DNA from: Candidatus Omnitrophota bacterium
GTDB lineage: Bacteria; Omnitrophota; Gorgyraeia; JABMRN01; RBG-13-46-9
Reading direction: 5' to 3'
DNA length: 64,000 nt
Assembly: GCA_013203315.1 (NCBI GenBank)
Contig: JABMQJ010000001.1
Coordinates: forward strand, 16,382 to 80,381
Shown in pieces: positions 27,491 to 35,438 of this stretch (positions within the stretch are counted from its first letter, which is position 1; every line of letters starts with the position of its first letter). The notes beneath the pieces were generated by a model. That model searched no databases. It saw only the letters and a list, made by a program, of their open reading frames with translations, and was not told the origin of the DNA. The translations under genes and the position numbers were made by a program.

Positions 27491-27772
27491 TCATATATTC
27501 TTCGTAAACCTCTTTAATAAATTTGTTATCTCGCCTATCTTCGTATACGTATCCCCTGTGCTTTTGCTCTTAAGCGCCCCGGCCACACAGCCTGCAAGGT
27601 GCTTACTAAAGACTTTCTCCCTTACCCTCATGAGAGCTCCGATGGTCGATTGGATCTGGGTCAGGATATCAACGCAATACCGACCATCATCGATCATCTT
27701 CTGCAGGCCACGAACCTGCCCCTCGATCTTCTTCAGGTAAATTATCTGCTCTTTATGGCTCATCTTTGCCAT
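27491..27772 (-). CDS. csoR: CsoR/RcnR-family metal-sensing transcriptional repressor
   Basis: 93 aa; motif GQVRGLQKMIDDGRYCVDILTQ...H...C is the CsoR-family metal-binding C-H-C pattern. Confidence 0.8.
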   Translation of the reverse strand: MAKMSHKEQIIYLKKIEGQVRGLQKMIDDGRYCVDILTQIQSTIGALMRVREKVFSKHLAGCVAGALKSKSTGDTYTKIGEITNLLKRFTKNI

Positions 27773-27825
27773 GGTAAAAGCCTCTCTTTCCGTGATACAA
27801 GTATACCATACCCCCCTACCCTATG

Positions 27826-27915
27826 TCAAGGGCTGGCGCTCACTATTTTTGCGGGTTTTACCCTACGGAATCAGCTGGTATTGGCCTGCGGCTTGGCACT
27901 TTCGCCGGAGCTCTT
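27826..27915. repeat. conserved ~90-bp divergent-promoter element, copy N1 (csoR / nifS intergenic)
   Basis: GTCAAGGG..CAC.ATTTTTGCGGGT..CCCTACGGAAT..GGTATTGGC.TGCGGCTTGGCA.TT..CGGAGC is about 80% identical to the copy at 35225-35345. The left end supplies the minus-strand -35 TTGACA for csoR (TTGACA-18-TATACT). Confidence 0.5.
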
Positions 27916-28030
27916 TCCGTTAGCCCTCCCCCTTCTATTGGTGCAACCTAGGCATAAAGCCCGCTAAAATAATTCGCTTGAAAAGTCCACTTATGTGTGT
28001 TATTAATATGTATTACGAAAGGAACGAATA

Positions 28031-29218
28031 ATGGCACGACACATATACATGGATAATAACGCAACGACCCCTCTCCACCCTGAGGTGAAGAAGGCTATCA
28101 AGGGTGCGCTCGATATGTTCGGCAATCCTTCGAGTCTGCATGAGTTCGGACGAGAAGCGAGGGCAGCTGTCGAGAGAGCCAGGGAACGCGTTGCTTCGTT
28201 TATTGGGGCAAGTCCTGATGAGATTATATTTACGGGAAGCGGCTCTGAGGCTAATAATACGGTGCTTTCGCTTGCGGCGTGCCCTGCTACATCCTGCTTA
28301 AATCTTCTCGACAAGAAGAAAACCGGTATTATCACCACTACCATTGAGCACCCCTGCGTGTTAGAGACTTCAAAATGTCTCACGGATAGAGGTGTCGATG
28401 TCACGTATCTTAAAGCCGATTGCCTGGGCAAGGTAAGCGTTGAAGAATTAGAGAACGTCCTCACCGAGAAGACCGGCATCGTTTCTATAATGATGGCAAA
28501 TAACGAAATCGGTACGACACAGGATATTAAGTTGCTTGCGAAGATGGCGCATAAACACGGTGCCCTGTTCCACACGGATGCGGTTCAGGCAGTGGGTAAG
28601 ATCCCTGTAGATGTAAAAGATTTAGATATTGATTTTCTGACGCTTTCGGCGCACAAGATATATGGGCCCAAGGGAATCGGCGCGCTTTATATTAAAAAAG
28701 ATATTCCGTTTTGTCCATTGATTCGCGGCGGTCACCAGGAAAGAGGCCGGCGTGCAGGGACAGAAAATACTTTAGGCATAGTAGGCCTCGAAAAAGCAGT
28801 CGAAATGCGCGCAAAAGAGATGAATGCCGAAGAAACACGCCTACTTCAGTTTAAAAATAAACTTAAAAAAGGTATCGAAGACAATATTAAGGATGCGCGT
28901 TTCAACGGACATCCGCACGATTGCCTTACCGGCACGACGAATGTTTCGTTTGATGGCGCAGAGGGTGAGGCGATTCTCCTATATCTTGACCAGAAGGGCG
29001 TCGCTGTCTCTACGGGTTCAGCCTGCGCGTCCGGTTCACTCGACCCTTCGCATGTGCTTCTTGCAACAGGCACACCGGCTGAAAGAGCGCATGGCTCGAT
29101 ACGCATAAGCATGGGCCGGGAAAATACTGAAAAAGAAGTAGACTACGTTCTAACAACGCTGATTGACGTGATAAAGAAAGTGCGTAGCATGTCAACAGCC
29201 TACGGAGATAAAAAATAA
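28031..29218 (+). CDS. nifS: cysteine desulfurase NifS/IscS
   Basis: Class V aminotransferase fold: PLP Lys motif SAHKIYGPKG and active-site loop SGSACASGS. Confidence 0.9.
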   Translation: MARHIYMDNNATTPLHPEVKKAIKGALDMFGNPSSLHEFGREARAAVERARERVASFIGASPDEIIFTGSGSEANNTVLSLAACPATSCLNLLDKKKTGIITTTIEHPCVLETSKCLTDRGVDVTYLKADCLGKVSVEELENVLTEKTGIVSIMMANNEIGTTQDIKLLAKMAHKHGALFHTDAVQAVGKIPVDVKDLDIDFLTLSAHKIYGPKGIGALYIKKDIPFCPLIRGGHQERGRRAGTENTLGIVGLEKAVEMRAKEMNAEETRLLQFKNKLKKGIEDNIKDARFNGHPHDCLTGTTNVSFDGAEGEAILLYLDQKGVAVSTGSACASGSLDPSHVLLATGTPAERAHGSIRISMGRENTEKEVDYVLTTLIDVIKKVRSMSTAYGDKK

Positions 29219-29832
29219 TGGCTAAAGAAGAATTTAGCTGGGTATATACAGGAATCGCCAAAGACCACTTCACTAATCCCAGGAATATTCTGGGAGATGA
29301 GGCCTCATTCAAGGATAACGGAAAAGGTACCGTTGGCAACATGAAGTGCGGCGACCAGATGCTGGTAGCGATTAAGGTAGATAAGAGTAAAGGTACGATT
29401 ACAGACTGTAAATGGAAAACCTACGGTTGCGCAAGCGCTATCGCGAGCACTTCCATCATGTCGGAGATGGTAATAGGTATGACAATCGAGAAGGCTTATC
29501 ACCTCTCCCCGAAAGACGTTGCCGCAGCACTTGGCGGTCTACCCGAACACAAAATACACTGCTCTGTACTAGGAGATAAAGCGTTACGCGCGGCAATAGA
29601 CGACTACTACAAGCGTAACGGAATGGAAGATAAGATCGTTAAAGAAAAAGCGCGCCTTGTATGTCAATGTATGAACGTAACCGACCACGAAATCGAGCAC
29701 GCTGTCTTAGAAGGCGCACGAACGCTCTACGAACTCCAGGAAAGAACCAAACTCGGCACCGTCTGCGGTCAGTGCAAACCCGAAGCAACTCGCCTCCTGC
29801 AACTCTACATCAAAAAACATTTCAGTAAGTAA
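29218..29832 (+). CDS. nifU: NifU Fe-S scaffold (IscU-like N-domain plus BFD-like [2Fe-2S] domain)
   Basis: Motifs GNMKCGDQM and YGCASAIAS are the IscU scaffold Cys residues. C-terminal CQCMNV...CGQC is a BFD-like domain. Confidence 0.85.
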   Translation: MAKEEFSWVYTGIAKDHFTNPRNILGDEASFKDNGKGTVGNMKCGDQMLVAIKVDKSKGTITDCKWKTYGCASAIASTSIMSEMVIGMTIEKAYHLSPKDVAAALGGLPEHKIHCSVLGDKALRAAIDDYYKRNGMEDKIVKEKARLVCQCMNVTDHEIEHAVLEGARTLYELQERTKLGTVCGQCKPEATRLLQLYIKKHFSK

Positions 29833-29892
29833 AATATTATTCTATTTTTGATTTTTATTATAAAGAAGCTTATAACGCGGTAGGGTTTTGGA

Positions 29893-29920
29893 TAGGCACT
29901 CTTAAGTGTGCCCTGCTTAC
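29893..29920. repeat. REP-like hairpin element, copy 1 (AGGCAC-TCTTAAGT-GTGCCCT-GCTTAC)
   Basis: Lies between convergent nifU and the 29987-30304 ORF. Near-identical to copy 2. Confidence 0.5.
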
Positions 29921-29986
29921 TTGAAAAATACAAAATAAGATGGCTCTACTTGAATTATTTAAACAAATAGAGCCATCCCGAATGCT

Positions 29987-30304
29987 TTATTTCTTATTTC
30001 CTAAAAGAAATTCCGGATTCTTAATTATTGGGCCATATTCAGGGAACGGAAAAGTAACTGTTTCAAACACTCCGCAAAGAACTCTTCCGCCAAATTTGAA
30101 AATCCCACCTAATGGTCCCCACGTTATGGCACCAAGAATTCCATCCTTCTCATACCCATCTTGGATTCCATTAAGTATTTCAAGCGGGCTTGTAACGATG
30201 TTTGTCACACCTCTGTAAAGTTTTTTGGCGGCTAGATCAGCATAAGCTGCGGTAGCGCTAAATAACATTACACCGATAAGAAGCAGGATAATTAGCTTTT
30301 TCAT
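29987..30304 (-). CDS. small secreted protein (signal peptide), hypothetical
   Basis: MKKLIILLLIGVMLFSATAAYA signal peptide; Gly-rich; 105 aa. Confidence 0.4.
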   Translation of the reverse strand: MKKLIILLLIGVMLFSATAAYADLAAKKLYRGVTNIVTSPLEILNGIQDGYEKDGILGAITWGPLGGIFKFGGRVLCGVFETVTFPFPEYGPIIKNPEFLLGNKK

Positions 30305-30374
30305 TTTTTTACCTCCTTATTTTAAATATAGTATACCCAATGAAAATCAATACTGCAAATATACTTCAGTTATC

Positions 30375-30410
30375 CACAGGGTAGGGCACTCTTAAGTGTG
30401 CCCTGCTTGC
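30375..30410. repeat. REP-like hairpin element, copy 2 (CACAGGGTAGGGCAC-TCTTAAGT-GTGCCCT-GCTTGC)
   Basis: Overlaps the 3' end of the tautomerase gene. The stop codon TAA lies inside the hairpin loop (CTTAAG). Confidence 0.5.
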
Positions 30411-30595
30411 TTTCTGTCGCAAATTAACTGGCCGCCGACTCCAACGTTTTCCGGTGCATTTTCCTTGATTACCGCTACAATAACCGCGGGAGGTAACTTA
30501 TATGCCTTTACTGCTGCTTCAGTCACTTCTTTGATTAAAGCTCGTTTCACCTCTAAATCTTTTATCTTTGGTCCTTCCACTGTAATATTAGGCAT
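30392..30595 (-). CDS. 4-oxalocrotonate tautomerase family protein
   Basis: 67 aa, starts MPNITVE with the catalytic Pro1 after Met; beta-alpha-beta tautomerase fold. Confidence 0.7.
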   Translation of the reverse strand: MPNITVEGPKIKDLEVKRALIKEVTEAAVKAYKLPPAVIVAVIKENAPENVGVGGQLICDRKQAGHT

Positions 30596-30624
30596 TCTTC
30601 CCCCTTTTTTGGATTTTTACTCTT

Positions 30625-30691
30625 GTGCCATTTCAGAATCTGAACTCCTGTCTGCCGGCAGGTAGACAGGCTATTTTTGAAAATGGTTCAC
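30625..30691. repeat. intergenic repeat family, copy A (GC palindrome plus conserved core ..TTCAGATTCTGAAAtGG..)
   Basis: Plus strand reads GTGCCATTTCAGAATCTGAACTCCTGTCTGCCGGCAGGTAGACAGGCTATTTTTGAAAATGGTTCAC. It is an imperfect ~65-bp palindrome, about 30 nt upstream of the tautomerase ATG. Confidence 0.6.
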
Positions 30692-30747
30692 TGTCCTCAA
30701 TTTTAACGGTGTTTAAGTGGGTATACAGGGTGAGGATATGCTATGGC

Positions 30748-31173
30748 TCAGTCTACCTGATGCGCAGTCAAGAACATAGACTTCTCGAGAACAGTGAAAA
30801 AATCCTGATAAGACTCCGGATTATCGACAGCCCTAAGCCCAAATTGAGCATTTGCCCTAACCAATAGTTGCGTTTCTCCTCTGGGCCTTACCGTAACAGT
30901 CATCTTTAATAAAGTATGCCTTGTAAATTTTGATGCTGTTACAGAGCCCAAGCTTAAATCTGCTCTATCAATAACAAATTCTAAATCTTGAAGAGTGCTT
31001 ATTACTGTCCTAAGCATTTTTTTTCTATCGGTAGTATCAAAAGCCCTTGTTTGTATGCTACGCAATTGAACTTGGCTCTGTTCGGCATCAATTGTTCGCT
31101 GGGCAGTTGTTGTACAACCCGCTAAAGATAAAACGAAAAATAAAAGAAGAAGACCTCTTAACATTATTTTCAT
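30748..31173 (-). CDS. lipoprotein, hypothetical (paralog of 31170-31742)
   Basis: Lipobox LSLAGC. Shares the pattern Q.R..Q.R.F.T...L....LQD.EF..D...SLG.V.ASK with the adjacent gene. Confidence 0.5.
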   Translation of the reverse strand: MKIMLRGLLLLFFVLSLAGCTTTAQRTIDAEQSQVQLRSIQTRAFDTTDRKKMLRTVISTLQDLEFVIDRADLSLGSVTASKFTRHTLLKMTVTVRPRGETQLLVRANAQFGLRAVDNPESYQDFFTVLEKSMFLTAHQVD

Positions 31174-31742
31174 ATTTCCTGCCCTTCAAGGAATATTGCT
31201 TTTGATACTTTGTCGAAGAAACCTTGGTATAATTCTGGTCCTTTCAAAGTCTCCAGTCTAGAAACGTTTCCCAGTCTGTTCCAGACAATTCTCTGAAAGG
31301 TAGTGCGGACGATTAATTTATTTCCTTCGGCGTTTAGCTTACTAACAACGGATACTCTAATTTTCTGCTCTTTATCAATATAGTCAAAAGCGTTTGTATT
31401 TGTGCCTGAGAGTGCGGCGAGGGCAACTGCTGCGGTTGCTGCCGCAACCTGAACTGCATCTGTTGCATCTCTACTTTTTGAAGCTACAACAAGCCCTAAT
31501 TCTGTTTCGCTATCGTCAAGCGTAAAGCCCATATCTTGAAGAGCACCGGCGCAGGCTGAGAGTACTTCTGCTTCGTTTATCGTTTCAAATTGCCGCATTT
31601 GTAACTGGCGTACTTGCAGACTGTCCTCTGATAGGGTAAATAATTTTTTAGGGGTGGTAGCAATACAACCTGTTATAGAAATGCACAAAACAAGGAGTGA
31701 CGGTAAGATAAAGTCTTTTTTTAATTTTGTAACTTTAAGCAT
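31170..31742 (-). CDS. lipoprotein, hypothetical (paralog of 30748-31173)
   Basis: Lipobox ISITGC; same domain pattern as the downstream paralog; 190 aa. Confidence 0.5.
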   Translation of the reverse strand: MLKVTKLKKDFILPSLLVLCISITGCIATTPKKLFTLSEDSLQVRQLQMRQFETINEAEVLSACAGALQDMGFTLDDSETELGLVVASKSRDATDAVQVAAATAAVALAALSGTNTNAFDYIDKEQKIRVSVVSKLNAEGNKLIVRTTFQRIVWNRLGNVSRLETLKGPELYQGFFDKVSKAIFLEGQEI

Positions 31743-31744
31743 AT

Positions 31745-32143
31745 TTAAAATTTAGAAGCGTGATATGCAAAATCTCTTACTTTGCCCTCATTGTCAAACT
31801 TGATAACAATGGTCAAGGTTCTCTGCGTAGTCGATTTTGCTCCGGCGGTCCCAGGTGTTAGAAATTTTAGACCGGCATTGCTATCCGAATATACTATATC
31901 AGTAGCTATTTTATCGTAGACCCATACTTCCCGTCGCTGCTCATCAGTGGTTACAACATTGGGAGAACCTAATGTCTCTACAACCTTCGATGAGGGCATT
32001 CCGATCAAAATTTCACGCTGGACTTTGCCCACAGTTATCCTATCCCCGGTATCATCCTGCACTTCTCTTCTATGATAACTAGCTGACGCACATCCCATTA
32101 AGAATATTAAAGAAACAACTACTATAATAAGTTTTTTATCCAT
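31745..32143 (-). CDS. lipoprotein with BamE/SmpA_OmlA-like motif
   Basis: Lipobox LMGC; GMPSSKVVETLGSPN resembles BamE-family motifs. Confidence 0.45.
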   Translation of the reverse strand: MDKKLIIVVVSLIFLMGCASASYHRREVQDDTGDRITVGKVQREILIGMPSSKVVETLGSPNVVTTDEQRREVWVYDKIATDIVYSDSNAGLKFLTPGTAGAKSTTQRTLTIVIKFDNEGKVRDFAYHASKF

Positions 32144-32176
32144 GATTCCCCCCTATTTTCATTAGTATTGTTTTAT

Positions 32177-32205
32177 ATTTTAGTCTTGCCGGTATTGAAT
32201 GTCAA
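32177..32205 (-). promoter_or_regulatory. sigma70-type promoter of the three-lipoprotein operon (TTGACA-17-TAAAAT)
   Basis: Minus strand reads cTTGACAttcaataccggcaagacTAAAATataaaac, about 35 nt upstream of the ATG at 32143. Confidence 0.6.
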
Positions 32206-32237
32206 GCCTATTTAGCGATTCTCTATCTGAACTACCC

Positions 32238-32300
32238 TTCGACCGTTTCAGAATCTAAATTCCTACCTAACGGTAGGCAGGCCGGCAGGTTATTTTTGAA
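32238..32300. repeat. intergenic repeat family, copy B
   Basis: Plus strand reads TTCGACCGTTTCAGAATCTAAATTCCTACCTAACGGTAGGCAGGCCGGCAGGTTATTTTTGAA. It abuts the arfB stop codon and lies upstream of the lipoprotein promoter. Confidence 0.6.
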
Positions 32301-32723
32301 TTAGAAGTCCTCGCTTTTTAAACCATGCCTTGAACGTAGTTTTTTCTTTTCCGCCCTCTTCTTTTTATTCCTAAGCATCTTTTCTTTTGCTCTGCGGGAT
32401 CGCCGGCGTTTTTGCCTTCTTATCTTTTCTATCCTTTTTCTTTCTTCCGAATGCCTTCCCAGTATGTGCGCTTCGATTTTGCCCGTGAGGCGCCTGCGCG
32501 CTATAAATCTATTTAAAGCCTGCGAGCGCTCTTCCTGGCATTTTACCTCTATGCCGGTCGGCCCATGCCTAAGATGCACGCAGGTAGATACCTTATTAAC
32601 ATTTTGACCGCCCTTTCCGCCTGAACGGACAAACCACTCCTCCATGTCCTGTTCGCGGATACCAAGCTTCCGCATCTTCGCCTTCAGGGCTTCTTCTTTA
32701 CTGCTGCTCACACCGAATTGCAT
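32301..32723 (-). CDS. arfB: alternative ribosome-rescue factor ArfB (peptidyl-tRNA hydrolase, GGQ motif)
   Basis: GGQ motif in [34 protein letters not shown], plus a basic C-terminal tail; 140 aa. Confidence 0.8.
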   Translation of the reverse strand: MQFGVSSSKEEALKAKMRKLGIREQDMEEWFVRSGGKGGQNVNKVSTCVHLRHGPTGIEVKCQEERSQALNRFIARRRLTGKIEAHILGRHSEERKRIEKIRRQKRRRSRRAKEKMLRNKKKRAEKKKLRSRHGLKSEDF

Positions 32724-32736
32724 AATTGAAATCCAC

Positions 32737-32787
32737 TTTTCGACCGTTTAAGAATCTGAACTCCTGCCTGCCGGCTTTAAAGTAACA
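32737..32787. repeat. intergenic repeat family, copy C (truncated right half)
   Basis: Plus strand reads TTTTCGACCGTTTAAGAATCTGAACTCCTGCCTGCCGGC. On the minus strand the core ends 14-23 nt before the arfB ATG. Confidence 0.55.
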
Positions 32788-32796
32788 AATCGATCA

Positions 32797-33162
32797 CTAG
32801 GCGGAATAGACTAAGAGAGCTCCGAAAGCTAAGGCCAAAAGACTGATCAGGCGCATGGATAAAATAGGTTTTCCCTGCCACCAGTCAAGATAGGTATATA
32901 TCGATTTTGGTTTTATCACAAGTAAAAGCACACCCTTTATGATCGACCAGATACCAAGTACCTTAATCAGTAATACTATCCTGCACTGCGGGGCAGCAAT
33001 TAAAAAGACGATACCGAAAAGAAGTGCCAAAATACCGCCGACCTTTAGCCTTTTTTCATTTCTCCAGAACGCAATATATCCTTTTAAAGTATTTTTCCTT
33101 ACTAAAAAAAGGATTCCAATAACCATAATAATTACACCAAAAAGCCTGACAACCATAACCAT
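32797..33162 (-). CDS. hypothetical small membrane protein
   Basis: 121 aa with 3-4 TM helices. Confidence 0.4.
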   Translation of the reverse strand: MVMVVRLFGVIIMVIGILFLVRKNTLKGYIAFWRNEKRLKVGGILALLFGIVFLIAAPQCRIVLLIKVLGIWSIIKGVLLLVIKPKSIYTYLDWWQGKPILSMRLISLLALAFGALLVYSA

Positions 33163-33183
33163 AAGTACCTCCCTTTTTTACTC

Positions 33184-33242
33184 TTCGACCATTTCAGAAT
33201 CTGAACTACTGTCTGCTAGCAGGTAGGCTCTACTTTGTCTTA
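33184..33242. repeat. intergenic repeat family, copy D
   Basis: Plus strand reads TTCGACCATTTCAGAATCTGAACTACTGTCTGCTAGCAGGTAGGCTCTACTTTGTCTTAA. It overlaps the stop codon of the upstream zinc-ribbon gene. Confidence 0.55.
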
Positions 33243-33734
33243 AAACCCAAGAAACATTAGCCACCTGGCACGCCTTCCCAGTAAATCAGCTCGTTCAACC
33301 CTGTTAATATCTCGCAGTAATTTATCACGCGTTTCCGTTATGCCACGTTCAGTAATTTTTAGCTTCTCATATTCTATTCCGCCGGCTTTAATAAACTCAA
33401 CGGCTTTCTGCAATTCTCCTTCATCGAAAAACGTCCCATGTTTTTTACACTTATCGACAACAATTCCCGAGTGATGCATGTAGTTTTTGCGCCACATCAA
33501 TCTACTACAACGGGGGCATTTGCAATACTTTACTTTTTCCGTACGCCCCAAAGGTTTATATACCTTGTGTAAATCACGTAGCTCACTCACGGTAAAGACT
33601 TCCGGAATTATCTTCAATACCTGTTTTTCTTCGAACTTATCTACCCATACACCTTTACATTTTGGACAAATGTCGGTTTCGATACCGTTTTCCTTGAACA
33701 CCTTCATTTCAATATCACATTTGGGACATTTCAT
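33240..33734 (-). CDS. double zinc-ribbon (zf-TFIIB-like) protein
   Basis: Two CPxC...CPxCxGxWxD modules (CPKCDIEM...CPKCKGVWVD; CKCPRCSRLM...CKKHGTFFDEGEL). Confidence 0.5.
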   Translation of the reverse strand: MKCPKCDIEMKVFKENGIETDICPKCKGVWVDKFEEKQVLKIIPEVFTVSELRDLHKVYKPLGRTEKVKYCKCPRCSRLMWRKNYMHHSGIVVDKCKKHGTFFDEGELQKAVEFIKAGGIEYEKLKITERGITETRDKLLRDINRVERADLLGRRARWLMFLGF

Positions 33735-33807
33735 TTTCCTCTCCTATATAAACTTCTCCCTGCCTATTTAAAATCGCGGACGTTATAAAGCTACCGCCGG
33801 GACAGGC

Positions 33808-34473
33808 CTAAGATCGTGCTTTGCCCCGCCCCATACCTTCCCGGAGGCCAACCACCAGAAATAACATTCCGACTATCTGGATAAGATGAAAAATACCGTT
33901 GTTATCAAATTTCCAAATAAGCCGGGCAGCAATATCCTTGTTAGCTTGAAAAATTGCGGCGATGATTGTGAAGAGAACCCCGATCGCTATTAATCCGGCG
34001 CCGCCGAGTCGCTTTCGCAAGGCCAACCAGCTGTAAGCGATCAAAACAAAGGTCATGGTAATTGCCTCGTAAATAATAAAAACCAGAAAAGTTCTCGGAA
34101 AAAGCAGGTTCACCGCGTAAAAGGCTACCCCAATCGCAAGCATGACCGGAAGCATCCGACGGACAGCAGCGCGGCCCAGCATGTCGTAGATGGCCCCAAG
34201 GATAAATAAAACAACCACGAAACCCAATGCCAAAAAGAGTGGTTGCCACAGAATATTCTCTAATGCCTCGGACATTTTAAGGCCATGCAGTAATGCCCCC
34301 GATGCGGACGAAAAGGTGACCAGCCCAAAGAACCATGACCAGATATTTGTTCTCTGCATATCACGCTGCTTGGTTCGGCGCAGGTAAAAGAGGCAAGCCG
34401 CGGCAACTAAGGCTAAAACCGCATCTGTCACGGCTGTCGTTTGCTCTATTGGTATATTAGTGATTTCCAGCAT
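33808..34473 (-). CDS. hypothetical polytopic membrane protein
   Basis: 221 aa with about 6 TM helices. Confidence 0.4.
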   Translation of the reverse strand: MLEITNIPIEQTTAVTDAVLALVAAACLFYLRRTKQRDMQRTNIWSWFFGLVTFSSASGALLHGLKMSEALENILWQPLFLALGFVVVLFILGAIYDMLGRAAVRRMLPVMLAIGVAFYAVNLLFPRTFLVFIIYEAITMTFVLIAYSWLALRKRLGGAGLIAIGVLFTIIAAIFQANKDIAARLIWKFDNNGIFHLIQIVGMLFLVVGLREGMGRGKARS

Positions 34474-34509
34474 TAAATTCGTAACCTTAGACCGTTTTCG
34501 ATAAAATGA

Positions 34510-35148
34510 TTATCTATCTATCAGTTTACTGACCGTCTCCATGCAATGATTCACAATCTCTTTAATAATATTTAACATATCAAGATATCGGACCTTTGCC
34601 CATTCATCACAAATTCCCTTTGCTGACCTATCTATATGGTTAAGGCGACTTTTTTCTATTAATGCGTAGAGGGATGATTTATTTTTTAAAATATTTTTGC
34701 CTAACTTCCTATCATTAGTCTTCACCGCCACAATTGTAACTGACAAAATCTCTTCTATATTGTTACATAGCTCCTTATATTCTTGCAATGCTTTGTCACT
34801 AAATAACAATTTTTCACTAACTTTATACTCAATTCGTTCTACTAAATCTACACATAGATCTCCCATCCTCTTAATTGCGCCGATAATGCTTACCAAATCA
34901 ATGACTATTTTTTTAGCTTTGCCTGATGATTTCTTTTTGGAAATTTCGATTGCTAAGGTAGTTAAATTAGTATAAGCTTCATTAATTTTTGTTTCATTCT
35001 TAAGCACCTGATCTAAGAGCTTGATATCGTTCTTCATCAAACCATTAAAGTTAGTACGAAACATTATTTGAACCCGTTCTAACATTTCTATGGTCTCTTG
35101 TCTTAATGAAGCTATTTTTCTTAATTCAGCTTTATTTAATTTGGCCAT
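34510..35148 (-). CDS. PhoU-like domain protein
   Basis: 212 aa all-helical protein with two PhoU-like repeats (ETKINEAYTNLTTLAIEI; IEYKVSEKLL...). Confidence 0.45.
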   Translation of the reverse strand: MAKLNKAELRKIASLRQETIEMLERVQIMFRTNFNGLMKNDIKLLDQVLKNETKINEAYTNLTTLAIEISKKKSSGKAKKIVIDLVSIIGAIKRMGDLCVDLVERIEYKVSEKLLFSDKALQEYKELCNNIEEILSVTIVAVKTNDRKLGKNILKNKSSLYALIEKSRLNHIDRSAKGICDEWAKVRYLDMLNIIKEIVNHCMETVSKLIDR

Positions 35149-35162
35149 AGTTTTACTCCCTC

Positions 35163-35230
35163 TTTTACCGTCTCAGAATCTAAAACCTGCCTACTACTAA
35201 TATTGTAGGCTTGGCGTTGTTCAAAGTCAA
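35163..35230. repeat. intergenic repeat family, copy E (degenerate)
   Basis: Plus strand reads TTTTACCGTCTCAGAATCTAAAACCTGCCTACTACTAATATTGTAGGCTTGG. It is in the 5' leader of the PhoU-like gene, downstream of TTGACT-17-TACAAT. Confidence 0.5.
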
Positions 35231-35345
35231 GGGGCAAAAAAGTGACATTTTTGCGGGTACTGCCCTACGGAATGAGAGGGTATTGGCGTGCGGCTTGGCA
35301 TTTAACGACGGAGCCCTGCCAATACCCTCTCATTCCGTTGATTGG
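35225..35345. repeat. conserved divergent-promoter element, copy N2 (PhoU-like / nitroreductase intergenic)
   Basis: Shares the same conserved blocks as N1. It also contains a perfect 20-bp inverted repeat, CGGAATGAGAGGGTATTGGC...GCCAATACCCTCTCATTCCG. Confidence 0.5.
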
Positions 35346-35438
35346 CAGGGACTCGCAAAAATATGCTTTTATATTGAGGGGTTTTTTGTTATAATTTTAG
35401 TCATTCAAACCGATAAACTATCAAGAAGGAGGAAATCA

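Noticed and set aside
27880-27915. Sigma-54 promoter (TGGCAC-N5-TTGC) within the N1/N2 conserved element
   Set aside because: TGGCAC/TGGCAT is present, but the GG-N10-GC spacing and the -12 TTGC element are not satisfied in either copy.
28003-28575. 190-aa minus-strand ORF overlapping nifS
   Set aside because: It is entirely antisense to a well-supported cysteine desulfurase gene and has low-complexity composition with no motif, so it is an ORF shadow. The same applies to the many 60-150 aa plus-strand ORFs inside cusA, cusB, tolC, hemL and others.
35211-35438. N-terminal extension of the nitroreductase ORF (track start 35211)
   Set aside because: The extension runs through the conserved N2 regulatory element and has no SD. 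A strong SD (AAGGAGGAAATCA) and a signal-peptide-like N-terminus begin at the ATG at 35439.
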